This document shows positions 49,303-58,710 of a DNA stretch of 64,000 bases, in pieces. The translations under genes and the position numbers were made by a program. The notes below the pieces were generated by a model. The model saw nothing but the letters and a program-made list of their open reading frames with translations. It did no database searches and was not told the origin of the DNA. Position 1 is the stretch's first letter. Each line of letters opens with the position of its first letter. Source of the stretch: Spirochaetia bacterium (lineage in GTDB: Bacteria; Spirochaetota; Spirochaetia; UBA9216); assembly GCA_963677925.2 (NCBI GenBank), contig CAXXYH010000004.1:2336001-2400000 (forward strand), in the 5' to 3' direction.

Positions 49303-50178
49303 ATGAAATTTAGAAAGACTGTTTTAGTGTATATCTCAGTCGGTTTTTTGCTTGGCATGCTCTGTCTTGATGCCATGTCTGTTGTTCAGAAACTATTAAT
49401 TTCAGCACCTATGAATATTCAAGGCTTTTTTATCCCTTCGGTGATGGGGGCGCTGTCCGGTGCAGTAATAAGCCTGCAGCTCTACTATCTGAAAGGGAAA
49501 AATCTTCAGCTGAACAGATATCTGGAGATAGAAAAAATACTTCATCATGAACTTGAACACCGGGTAAAAAATAATTTTCAGTATATTATTTCGGTTCTGT
49601 CACTTAAGTCGATGGGTAAACAGGACAATCCTGAAATTCAGAACATGCTTTTAAGCTGCAGGAACAGGATAGAAAGTGCAAAGACCCTTCATGATCTTGT
49701 ATATACCGATATGAATAATCTTTCCACAGAATCAAAAATCAGAGTACTTGTTGAGGAACTTATTGAAAATCTTACAGGACGGACAGATGTTCCCAGACTC
49801 AGACTTTTTACTGATCTTCCCGACGAAAGCTTAAACCGTGATGTTGAATATAATATCCTTCAGATAATTGTTGAGGCTGTAATGAATGCGGTAAATTTTG
49901 CCTATATTGATTCTAATTCTCAGCCTGAACTGCGAATTGAGCTGTTTACTGTAAAAGAGCGTATTTTTCTGCAGATCAGTGATAACGGCTGCGGCATGGA
50001 AGCTTTATCTGAAGAAAATGACGGGCTTGGAATTAAGATGATATACGCAATTGCCGCACAGATGAGTGCAGACGTTGAGATTATACCTAAAAAAGAAGAT
50101 ACCGGCGGTGTCGAGATTATTCTTTCATTTAAAGCTTCTGAGGCCAAAGTGAATCTGGCCAGAAAAACTTATTATTGA
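49303..50178 (+). CDS. Membrane sensor histidine kinase (HisKA_2/HWE type)
   Basis: Two TM helices; ELEHRVKNN, EAVMNA, DNGCG and GLG motifs. Confidence 0.85.
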   Translation: MKFRKTVLVYISVGFLLGMLCLDAMSVVQKLLISAPMNIQGFFIPSVMGALSGAVISLQLYYLKGKNLQLNRYLEIEKILHHELEHRVKNNFQYIISVLSLKSMGKQDNPEIQNMLLSCRNRIESAKTLHDLVYTDMNNLSTESKIRVLVEELIENLTGRTDVPRLRLFTDLPDESLNRDVEYNILQIIVEAVMNAVNFAYIDSNSQPELRIELFTVKERIFLQISDNGCGMEALSEENDGLGIKMIYAIAAQMSADVEIIPKKEDTGGVEIILSFKASEAKVNLARKTYY

Positions 50179-50218
50179 TAAAAATTTCATGTTAGAATAA
50201 TAGTTCTGGAGGATTGTT

Positions 50219-51376
50219 ATGAGTTTCAATTTTTATATTCCGACTAAAGTTCTTTTCGGTCCTGGACGTCTTGAGGATCTTTCCCGTGAAAAACTGCCGG
50301 GTAAAAAAGCTCTGATTGTGATTTCATCAGGAAATTCAATGAAGAAGCTCGGTTATCTGGACAGGCTGATCAAACTGCTTGCAAAGCAATCGGTTGATTC
50401 TGTTGTCTTTGATAAAATTCTTCCCAATCCTGTTCTCCGTCATGTGACCGAAGGTGCTGAGCTTGCTAAAAAGGAAGGCTGTGATTTTGTTATTGGCCTG
50501 GGTGGAGGAAGCAGTATTGATTCTGCCAAAAGTATAGCAGTGATGGCTAAAAATCCGGGTAATTACTGGGATTACATAAACGGCGGCAGCGGAAAAGGGC
50601 TTCCCGTTAAAGGCGGTGTCCTCCCGATAGTAGCAGTCACAACCACAGCCGGAACAGGCACAGAAGCAGACCCCTGGACGGTAATCACAAATGAAGAAGG
50701 CAATGAAAAAATCGGCTTCGGTACGCCTGAAACCTTTCCTGTTCTGTCAATTGTTGATCCGGAACTTATGATCTCTGTTCCGCCTGCGCTTACTGCCTAC
50801 CAGGGGTTTGACGCTCTGTTTCATTCGCTTGAGGGCTATATTGCAAATATTGCAACACCGGTGAGCGATGCCTTCGCCCTTAAAGCTATAGAACTTATTG
50901 CTAAATCACTGCCTGTGGCAGTTAATAACGGCAGAAATCTTGCCGCCCGTATGGATGTTGCCACTGCAAATACATTATCCGGTTTTGTAGAATCAACATC
51001 ATCCTGTACTTCAGAGCATTCAATGGAACACGCCCTCAGTGCATACTATCCGAAACTTCCTCATGGCGCGGGACTGATAATGCTTTCTGAATCATATTTC
51101 AGTTTTTTTGCTGATAAGGTTCCTGAAAAGTTTGCCGCTATGGCCGGAGCCATGGGAAAGGATAGAAAGCCTGAAAACTTTGTTCCGGCGCTTCTTGAAC
51201 TTCAGAAAGCCTGCGGAGTTGATACTCTTAAGATGTCCGATTACGGAATTCAGGCTGATGAAGTGAAAAAGATGGCTGAAAACGCCTGGTATGCAATGGG
51301 CGGACTTTTTGAGTTTGATCCTGTAAAATTATCGCTTGAACAGACTGAATCTATTATTGCCAAGGCGTATAAATAA
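50219..51376 (+). CDS. Iron-containing alcohol dehydrogenase
   Basis: GGGSSID, TTAGTG, DALFH, EHSMEH and HGAG motifs. Confidence 0.93.
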   Translation: MSFNFYIPTKVLFGPGRLEDLSREKLPGKKALIVISSGNSMKKLGYLDRLIKLLAKQSVDSVVFDKILPNPVLRHVTEGAELAKKEGCDFVIGLGGGSSIDSAKSIAVMAKNPGNYWDYINGGSGKGLPVKGGVLPIVAVTTTAGTGTEADPWTVITNEEGNEKIGFGTPETFPVLSIVDPELMISVPPALTAYQGFDALFHSLEGYIANIATPVSDAFALKAIELIAKSLPVAVNNGRNLAARMDVATANTLSGFVESTSSCTSEHSMEHALSAYYPKLPHGAGLIMLSESYFSFFADKVPEKFAAMAGAMGKDRKPENFVPALLELQKACGVDTLKMSDYGIQADEVKKMAENAWYAMGGLFEFDPVKLSLEQTESIIAKAYK

Positions 51377-51391
51377 AACTATTATGCTTGC

Positions 51392-53257
51392 ATGCATCTG
51401 TTGTCAGCCGAAAATTTAAGTATAAACCGGGGTGGCAGACTTCTTCTTGAGTCTGCCGGCTTCGGTATGGAATCAGAGGACAAGATAGGTTTGATTGCTC
51501 CCAACGGAGCCGGAAAAACCAGCCTGTTAAACTGCCTTTCCGGAAAACTTGCCCCAACCGAAGGAAGTATTCATTACCGGAAAAACCTGAAAATATCCGT
51601 TCTCTCTCAGCGTGTTGAGCATAATGACACCGACACTGTTTTTGATTACATCTATAATACTGATAATCCGCGTATGAATCTGCTTCGTGCGTATGAAAAA
51701 TCGCTTGATATGAAAGATGTGAACCTCTACCAGGAACTGCTTCACAGGATGGATGAAGAGGATCTCTGGAGTATAGAAAGCAAAGTCAATACGATTCTTA
51801 AGATGCTGGGAATAACTGACGGAAATCTTCTGCTTAAAAATATGTCCGGAGGAATGAAACGCCGGGCAGCACTCGCGGCTGCTTTAGCAGCAGAGGCTGA
51901 CATTCTTTTTCTCGATGAACCTACAAACCACCTTGACCTTGAAACGGTTGTCTGGCTGCAGGAATATCTTCAGAACCTTGATTCCGCAGTATTTTTGATA
52001 ACCCATGACCGCTACTTTCTTGAAGAAGTATGCTCCCAAATATGGGAGATAGAATCTGCCGAACTTTACAGATACCCGGGGAATTATTCCGCATATATCA
52101 AGGGCCGGATGGAAAGGCTTGCTGCAAGGCAGCGGGAACAGCAGAGGCTTTCCTCAATTCTGAGGCGTGAGGAGGCCTGGCTCAGGCAGGGACCTAAAGC
52201 CCGCAGCAGCCGTGACAAGAAACGACTTGAAAAACTCTATGATCTAAGGGAGCGGATTACTGCTGAAGATAACAGGAGTATTGAGTTTGCCACACAGGAT
52301 ACCAGGCTCGGAAAGAAAATTCTGAAAATGTCCGGTATTTCTAAGAGCTATAGAGATAGAACTATTGTTTCGGATTTTACATATGAGTTCAATGCCGGAC
52401 AGCGAATAGGCCTTGTCGGTTCAAACGGCTCGGGAAAGACGACTCTGATGAACCTAATTGCAGGTGTAATTGAACCCGAAAGCGGAGAAGTTAATCCCGG
52501 TATAAATACTGTGTTCGGATATTTCAGTCAGACCTTTTCTGCTCATAAACCGGAAATGACTGTTCTGGATTACCTCGAAAAGATTGGGGATACTTACAAT
52601 ATGCCGGACGGAAGCTCCCTGACTCCTGAAACCCTGCTGGATCGGTTTCTTTTTCCGAGGGAACTACACCGGGTGCCGCTGGAACAGATTTCCGGAGGAG
52701 AACTCAGACGCCTCTATTTTGTCAGTATCCTTCTTACTTCACCGAATTTTCTGTTACTTGATGAACCTACAAATGATCTTGATATAACAACCCTTCAGGT
52801 TCTGGAAGATTTTCTTGAATCTTTTAAAGGATGCGTTATCACCGTTTCTCACGACCGGGCTTTTCTTGATCGGGTTTCCAACATTCTTTTTGTCCTGGAC
52901 GGTACCGGCAGTGTTCTCTCTTTCGGCGGCAGCTGCAGTGATTATCTGGAGCTGAAGAAAGAACAGGATGCCGCAGTTAAAGAAGAGGCCAGACAGCAGA
53001 AGATTGCATCAGCAGCTGTTCAGACCAGACGCCGTGAAGAGAAACCAAAACTGACCTTTAATGAAAAACGAAGTCTGGAGGCTCTTGAGGCTGAGCTTCC
53101 GCAGCTTGAAACCGAGAAATCTGAGCTTGAAGACTACTTTTCTACCGCATTTGCCGGTTCTGAAGAATACAAGCTGAAACATCAGCGGTATGAAAAAATT
53201 CTCAAAGAAATTGATGAAAAATTTGAACTTTGGGCTGAATTAAGTGAGAAGTTATAG
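51392..53257 (+). CDS. ABC-F family ATPase (Uup-like)
   Basis: Two ABC domains (NGAGKT and NGSGKT, DEPTN twice) plus a C-terminal coiled coil. TTGCCA-N17-TATTAT-N6-ATG suggests a leaderless start. Confidence 0.92.
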   Translation: MHLLSAENLSINRGGRLLLESAGFGMESEDKIGLIAPNGAGKTSLLNCLSGKLAPTEGSIHYRKNLKISVLSQRVEHNDTDTVFDYIYNTDNPRMNLLRAYEKSLDMKDVNLYQELLHRMDEEDLWSIESKVNTILKMLGITDGNLLLKNMSGGMKRRAALAAALAAEADILFLDEPTNHLDLETVVWLQEYLQNLDSAVFLITHDRYFLEEVCSQIWEIESAELYRYPGNYSAYIKGRMERLAARQREQQRLSSILRREEAWLRQGPKARSSRDKKRLEKLYDLRERITAEDNRSIEFATQDTRLGKKILKMSGISKSYRDRTIVSDFTYEFNAGQRIGLVGSNGSGKTTLMNLIAGVIEPESGEVNPGINTVFGYFSQTFSAHKPEMTVLDYLEKIGDTYNMPDGSSLTPETLLDRFLFPRELHRVPLEQISGGELRRLYFVSILLTSPNFLLLDEPTNDLDITTLQVLEDFLESFKGCVITVSHDRAFLDRVSNILFVLDGTGSVLSFGGSCSDYLELKKEQDAAVKEEARQQKIASAAVQTRRREEKPKLTFNEKRSLEALEAELPQLETEKSELEDYFSTAFAGSEEYKLKHQRYEKILKEIDEKFELWAELSEKL

Positions 53258-53501
53258 AGACAATTTCAAAACCCATAAAAATTAAAAATTTCTATATAGA
53301 GAAATCGTTTCATAAAAAATTCTGATTAAAAAGATAAGATAAATAATTATTTACATATTGATCTTTTCCCATACAGGTTATATTGTATCAGGTGAAATAA
53401 TTATATTAATAACGATTTAATTTGATTATCTGATTAAATCTATTATAATTTAAACCAACTCAGATTAAATAAAGCTAACATATTCATATACAGGGGAAAA
53501 A

Positions 53502-55661
53502 ATGAGTACTAAGAAAATTGTAATTCTTGGCGGCGGCTATGCAGGAATTGAAGCTGCAAAGATTTTGTGCAAAAGATACAGAAAGGATGAATCTGTTGAT
53601 ATTACCCTAATTGACAGGAATACCTACCATACCCTTATGACTGAGCTTCATGAGGTTGCAGGTTCAAGGGTTGAGCCGGATTCAGTACAGGTCAGCTACC
53701 AGAGAATCTTCTCTGGGACATGTCTTAATATTGTAAATGACTTTATAACCGGAATTGATTTCGAGAAAAGGATTATACAGTCGGAGCTTCATGAATATGC
53801 TTATGACTATCTTGTTCTTGGAACAGGCGGTGCTCCGGAATTTTTTGACACTCCCGGTGTTCAGGAGAATTCATACTCTCTGTGGTCTCTTGAAGACGCA
53901 ATGAGAATCAGGGAACATTTCGAAGAACGCTTCAGACTTGCGGCAAAGGAACCAAATCCGAAGGTAAGAAACAGAATGCTTACCTTTGTAGTTGCAGGAG
54001 CCGGTTTTACAGGAATTGAGCTGATTGGTGAGTTCCTTGAAAGACGGGATGTTCTGTGTGCTAAATATCATATAGATACTGATGATGTTAATATGATTGT
54101 TGTTGAGGCAATGGATACAGTTCTGCCGATTATAGAAGAAAACCTCAGAAAGAAATCTGTTAAATATCTCAACAAAAAAGGCTGTAAGGTTATACTGGGC
54201 GCCAGGATTACCGGTGCTGCAGAAGGCAAGGTAATGCTTGCAGACGGTTCTGAAATTGAAACCGACACACTTGTATGGACCTGTGGTATTCACGGTTCAG
54301 AGTTCACTTCAAGGATTAACCTCACCAAGGGACATACTTCACGCGGTCAGTGCAGTTTTGCATCGGCTGACGGAATTCACGGAATGCTCGGATGCCGCTT
54401 TGATGAGAATGAACGTTATGTTGTAGGTCAGAGAGGAAGAATACTTGTTGATGACTATATGAGGTCTGTAGATCACAACGAAGTTTATGCAGTCGGCGAC
54501 AATATGTGGTTTCTTGAAAATGAAAAAGTTCTGCCTCAGATTGTAGAAACTGCTATTCAGACCGGTGAGGTTGCCGCAAAGAATATCATTGCTGATATCG
54601 ACAGTACTGAAAAACACAAATTCAAATCAAATTATCATGGTTTTATGGTTTCAATAGGCGGACGTTATGCAGTGTCCAATGCCGGAGGCATGAAAGTTTC
54701 CGGTTTCATGGCAATGGCAATGAAGCATGTTGTAAACCTCCATTACCTATTCGGCATAGCCGGAATAAATGCTGTATGGGGCTACCTGAAGCACGAGTTC
54801 TTCGATATGAAAGACAGAAGAACATTCGTCGGCGAACATCTTTCCTGGAAACTTCAGGGTTGGTGGGGTGTACCGCTCAGAATGTGGCTTGGTGTTATGT
54901 GGATTGCAGAAAGCCTTAATAAAATTGGCGAGGGCTGGCTTAATTTTGCTTCAGGCACAAAGTCAGGCTGGATGTTCAGTCCCGGAGTTGTTCAGAAAGG
55001 CGTAGAAGTTGCCAGTGATGCTGTAAGTGCTGCATCAGAGGGCGGAGAGGCCGCTGAGGGCTGGGTTGAAACTGCTGCTCCTGCTGTTGCAGATACAGTG
55101 AGCGCCGCCAGTGATGCTGCAGGTGATGCCGCTCAGACTGTTGTCCAGGCTGCCGCTGATACTGTAAGTGCAGCAAGTGATGCAGTAGCAGGTGCTGCCG
55201 GTGATGCTGCAAATGCTGTTGCTGATACCGCAGCTCAGGTTTTTGGAAAGATCTGGGAAACCGGTAATCCGATAATCCCGTACAACTCAGGATTTGTAAC
55301 CTGGTTCAGGGAAACCTTCATGGACAGTATTATGGCATATATCAGCTATCCAATATTCCAGACTATGATTGTCCTTGTTGAGCTTTTCATCGGACTTGCG
55401 CTTCTCGGTGGACTTTTTACCTGGCTTGCTGCCGCTGCATCAATTGTAATGTGTCTTGTTTTCACATTCTCGGGAATGTTCTCATGGGATCAGGCCTGGT
55501 TTGTATTTGCCGGATTCCTTATGCTTGCCGGAGCAGGACGTGCTGTAGGTCTTGACCACTGGGTTATGCCTGCAATCAAGAAATGGTGGAACAGTACAGC
55601 TTTTGCAAGACGTACTCATCTTTTTGTCGGTGAACCTGTTCTTAAGAGAAAAAAGAAATAG
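53502..55661 (+). CDS. Type II NADH dehydrogenase fused to a C-terminal DoxD-like membrane domain (EET-type Ndh2)
   Basis: GGGYAG, GAGFTGIE and YAVGD motifs; C-terminal LRMWLG...K..GW, ELFIGLALLGG and AGRAVGLD motifs; Ala-rich loop. Confidence 0.85.
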   Translation: MSTKKIVILGGGYAGIEAAKILCKRYRKDESVDITLIDRNTYHTLMTELHEVAGSRVEPDSVQVSYQRIFSGTCLNIVNDFITGIDFEKRIIQSELHEYAYDYLVLGTGGAPEFFDTPGVQENSYSLWSLEDAMRIREHFEERFRLAAKEPNPKVRNRMLTFVVAGAGFTGIELIGEFLERRDVLCAKYHIDTDDVNMIVVEAMDTVLPIIEENLRKKSVKYLNKKGCKVILGARITGAAEGKVMLADGSEIETDTLVWTCGIHGSEFTSRINLTKGHTSRGQCSFASADGIHGMLGCRFDENERYVVGQRGRILVDDYMRSVDHNEVYAVGDNMWFLENEKVLPQIVETAIQTGEVAAKNIIADIDSTEKHKFKSNYHGFMVSIGGRYAVSNAGGMKVSGFMAMAMKHVVNLHYLFGIAGINAVWGYLKHEFFDMKDRRTFVGEHLSWKLQGWWGVPLRMWLGVMWIAESLNKIGEGWLNFASGTKSGWMFSPGVVQKGVEVASDAVSAASEGGEAAEGWVETAAPAVADTVSAASDAAGDAAQTVVQAAADTVSAASDAVAGAAGDAANAVADTAAQVFGKIWETGNPIIPYNSGFVTWFRETFMDSIMAYISYPIFQTMIVLVELFIGLALLGGLFTWLAAAASIVMCLVFTFSGMFSWDQAWFVFAGFLMLAGAGRAVGLDHWVMPAIKKWWNSTAFARRTHLFVGEPVLKRKKK
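55017..55178 (+). repeat. Three in-frame D[AT]VSAAS repeats in the Ndh2 extracytoplasmic loop
   Basis: DAVSAAS (55017), DTVSAAS (55092) and DTVSAAS (55158). Confidence 0.9.
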
Positions 55662-55679
55662 GATACCACAGAGAGATTT

Positions 55680-56654
55680 ATGACTTATATTTCTGACTCC
55701 ATAGGGGACAGTCAGCTTTCAGAAGACCTCCGGTCAGTAAGGGCGGTGATTAATGGTTATATTCAGAATACACCTGAAATGATCCGCTCTGCTGTTGAAA
55801 GGCTTCTGGCAGACGGCGGGAAGATGCTTCGACCCGCCATGGTTGTACTGGCCGGACGGTATGGAGATTTTGACGGCAATAGAATTTACTCACTGGCTGC
55901 CGCAGTTGAAATGCTGCACAATGCAACTCTTGTTCATGACGACATCATAGATGAAGCTGAAACACGACGGGGCAAACCTGCCATGCATACAATTCACGGA
56001 AGCAAGCTGGCAATCCTGCTGGGTGATTACATGTTTTCAGGATGTTTTGTTATGGCATCCAGAAACTCAAGGATTGATCAGTACGATAAACTTGCCAAGG
56101 CTGTAGCCAGAGTCTGTGAAGGTGAAATCCTGCAGGATACTGAAAAATTTATTTTTAATCCCAGTATTAGAAAGTATAAAAGACGGATTGCAAGTAAAAC
56201 TGCGGTGCTTTTCTCACTCAGTCTTTATCTGGGAGCAAAGGAAGCCGGATGTTCCGAGGATATCTGCAACATATTTGTTAGAATAGGCTACAATATCGGT
56301 ATGGCCTTTCAGATTATCGATGATATTCTTGATTTTAACGGCAGGACTGATAAGGTAGGTAAACCTGTAACAGGGCATGATATGCAGGAGGGGATTTTTA
56401 CTCTTCCGGCAATATTTGCAATGCAGTCAGATAACGGAGAGCTGGCAAAGCTTTTCAATGAACCGCCTTACAGCCCCGAATCAATAGCTCAGGCTTTAAC
56501 CCTTATCAATAAATCAGGCGCAATTGAAAAAGCCAAGGCTGTTGCAGAACTGTATTCCCAGCGTGCCCGCCGTGAAATTGCGCGATTGGAACCGGGATAT
56601 ACATCGCAGCAGCTTGAAAAAATTACCGGACAGCTTCTTTCCCGGAATTTCTAA
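55680..56654 (+). CDS. Polyprenyl (heptaprenyl-type) diphosphate synthase
   Basis: GGKMLRP, HDDIID...RRG, GDY, KTA and FQIIDDILD motifs. Confidence 0.93.
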   Translation: MTYISDSIGDSQLSEDLRSVRAVINGYIQNTPEMIRSAVERLLADGGKMLRPAMVVLAGRYGDFDGNRIYSLAAAVEMLHNATLVHDDIIDEAETRRGKPAMHTIHGSKLAILLGDYMFSGCFVMASRNSRIDQYDKLAKAVARVCEGEILQDTEKFIFNPSIRKYKRRIASKTAVLFSLSLYLGAKEAGCSEDICNIFVRIGYNIGMAFQIIDDILDFNGRTDKVGKPVTGHDMQEGIFTLPAIFAMQSDNGELAKLFNEPPYSPESIAQALTLINKSGAIEKAKAVAELYSQRARREIARLEPGYTSQQLEKITGQLLSRNF

Positions 56655-56657
56655 TCT

Positions 56658-57554
56658 TTATAAAAAATCGGGAATACCTTCAAGGTATTCCTTTATTTCA
56701 TACTCAATAAAATCAGGAGTCGATGCTGAAGATACGATGAGAGCCTTGTTTATGTCTGTAAGGTTAATATTTCTGCTTTTGAGATCTTCAAGATTCTGTA
56801 TAAAGTATGTATGCTCATCAGCTTCGTACAGCAGGTGAAAAAGCTTGCTTGCATTTGATGAAAGTTTATCACCTATAACAAAACTTATATCTGCCTGTTT
56901 TTGAAGTTCCAGGGCTTCCTCTTCCTTTTTTCGTGTTACCGGGCAAATACTGTCAAAGACAGTAACGTTAGTTTCAGGCCAGTGCTCTTTTACTGCGCTG
57001 CAGGTGGAATCAAACAGAACACGGCTCCCTGTAGTCTGAGAGGTAATAAAAAAACTTTCCGGGTGAATGTCTACACTACGGCTTCTGCTGAACTCCGGAT
57101 TTTTTATAAAAGCTTCAAGATCCTCTGAAGTTTCGATGACAGTAAAGTTCTCTGCATAACTCTGAAGCCCAAGGACTTCAGGATGGGTTTTCTTGCCTGT
57201 TATGATAACAGAAGAACCGCCGGCTGATGCTTCGGCTATTTTTTTCTGAACTTTTTTAACATTTATACAGGTCAGATCTATAAGATGGTGAGTCTCTGAA
57301 AGTTCCTTTTCAAGTGTCCTGTCGATCCCGTGTGTTCTAACTGCAATTACAGCCTTATCGGGGATATCTTCAGGTTTATCCATTGTTTTAATTCCTTTTG
57401 TATTAAGAAATTCAACATGGCTTCGATTGTTAATCATCATACCCAGAACGCATAGATCCTGTGATTCAAGTTCATCTTTTGTTTTAAGGATGTTCTTCTC
57501 AGCATTTTTTACACCGGGGCAGAACCCGGACAGCTTCGGTATAAGTACAGTCAT
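56658..57554 (-). CDS. ispH: 4-hydroxy-3-methylbut-2-enyl diphosphate reductase
   Basis: GFCPGV, THG, DLTC, HPEV, QTT, SICPVT, SSN and ASTP motifs. Start at 57554 (TTGACT-N17-TATAGT-N6-ATG). Confidence 0.9.
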   Translation of the reverse strand: MTVLIPKLSGFCPGVKNAEKNILKTKDELESQDLCVLGMMINNRSHVEFLNTKGIKTMDKPEDIPDKAVIAVRTHGIDRTLEKELSETHHLIDLTCINVKKVQKKIAEASAGGSSVIITGKKTHPEVLGLQSYAENFTVIETSEDLEAFIKNPEFSRSRSVDIHPESFFITSQTTGSRVLFDSTCSAVKEHWPETNVTVFDSICPVTRKKEEEALELQKQADISFVIGDKLSSNASKLFHLLYEADEHTYFIQNLEDLKSRNINLTDINKALIVSSASTPDFIEYEIKEYLEGIPDFL

Positions 57555-57629
57555 AACAAAACTATATTTAAAACAGGCACTGGAGTCAATTATGAGAAAA
57601 ACGCTATAATTACTGCGGAGGAACTGATT

Positions 57630-58340
57630 TTGAAGGGGAACAGGACTATCGCAAAACTTCTTTTTATTCAGCCTCAATCCATAAAGAAGAATCCTGATTT
57701 TCAGCTGCTGGTCAAGATACTCAATGATTCTGCAAAACTTCGAAAAGTTATACTTCCGCCCAAGGCCTGGAAACTGGTGAATGAGCCGCGGCTTGAAATC
57801 AAGTACCTCGATAATTTTATCAGGACGTATTATCTTCCGGAAAAAGAGTTTTTTAAGCTTTTTTTAGAACTGAAATGGAATTATCAAGCTCAGCGGAATA
57901 AAAAATACCTACACAGGCAGCAGAGAATAAGTAAATCCGCAGATGCATGGCCTGAAAGTATAAAAAGACTTGTTTTTAAGCTGCTATACGCGGAAAGAAA
58001 ATGTAATGATGATATACCTGTGTATAAAAGAGTACTTTATCCGGCAAGCCTGAAACGTGCAGAAGAACTATCCGGATTCTCAGCCGAAAAGTGGGCTGAA
58101 ATTATTTTGAAATATTATGACAGCCTTAAAACTCATTACCGAACCATTAAACTGCCTGATAGAGCAGCCTTAATGACCTTTCTGCAGGACCTCGAGTCAG
58201 TTAAACGAAATGCTGCTCAACAAAATAATGCCGGACATAGAAGAGAATACCGGAAACTTCTTAAAAAATATCATCCTGATCTTGGCGGTGATGCGAAAAT
58301 ATTTATAGCCGTTAAAAAGCGATACGATGAATTAAAATAG
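57630..58340 (+). CDS. Hypothetical protein with a C-terminal J-domain-like motif
   Basis: YRKLLKKYHPDLGG; GGAGG RBS before the TTG start. Confidence 0.75.
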   Translation: MKGNRTIAKLLFIQPQSIKKNPDFQLLVKILNDSAKLRKVILPPKAWKLVNEPRLEIKYLDNFIRTYYLPEKEFFKLFLELKWNYQAQRNKKYLHRQQRISKSADAWPESIKRLVFKLLYAERKCNDDIPVYKRVLYPASLKRAEELSGFSAEKWAEIILKYYDSLKTHYRTIKLPDRAALMTFLQDLESVKRNAAQQNNAGHRREYRKLLKKYHPDLGGDAKIFIAVKKRYDELK

Positions 58341-58389
58341 ATATTCTGATAACACGGATTTTAACTGTGCTATCAGAATGATTTTAAAA

Positions 58390-58686
58390 TTATTCGCCAT
58401 GATTGAAAAATCTTGATAGGTTGATCGAGACAAAAATAACACCGAGCATAAAAAGAATAAAATTCAAGTTTATGCCGATTTTAAGCTGATCGATGAAATT
58501 TATTAGAATAAAACCTATAAGAAAATTAATTAATCCCCAGATTACATTTGAAAGTGGGGATGATTTTCCTTTTCCCGGCGGTTTGGCAAAAGGACTGTGA
58601 AATTGTTTTCCGGAAATACCGTTAACAAAGTGAGGAATACCATTTGTGATAAAAATTCCGGCTAAAATCGAAAATACCTGATTCAT
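58390..58686 (-). CDS. Small membrane protein, hypothetical
   Basis: Three hydrophobic segments; NGIPHFVNG and SPFAKPPG; AGGAG RBS. Confidence 0.75.
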   Translation of the reverse strand: MNQVFSILAGIFITNGIPHFVNGISGKQFHSPFAKPPGKGKSSPLSNVIWGLINFLIGFILINFIDQLKIGINLNFILFMLGVIFVSINLSRFFNHGE

Positions 58687-58710
58687 ATTTACTCCTTGGA
58701 TTTTTGATTC

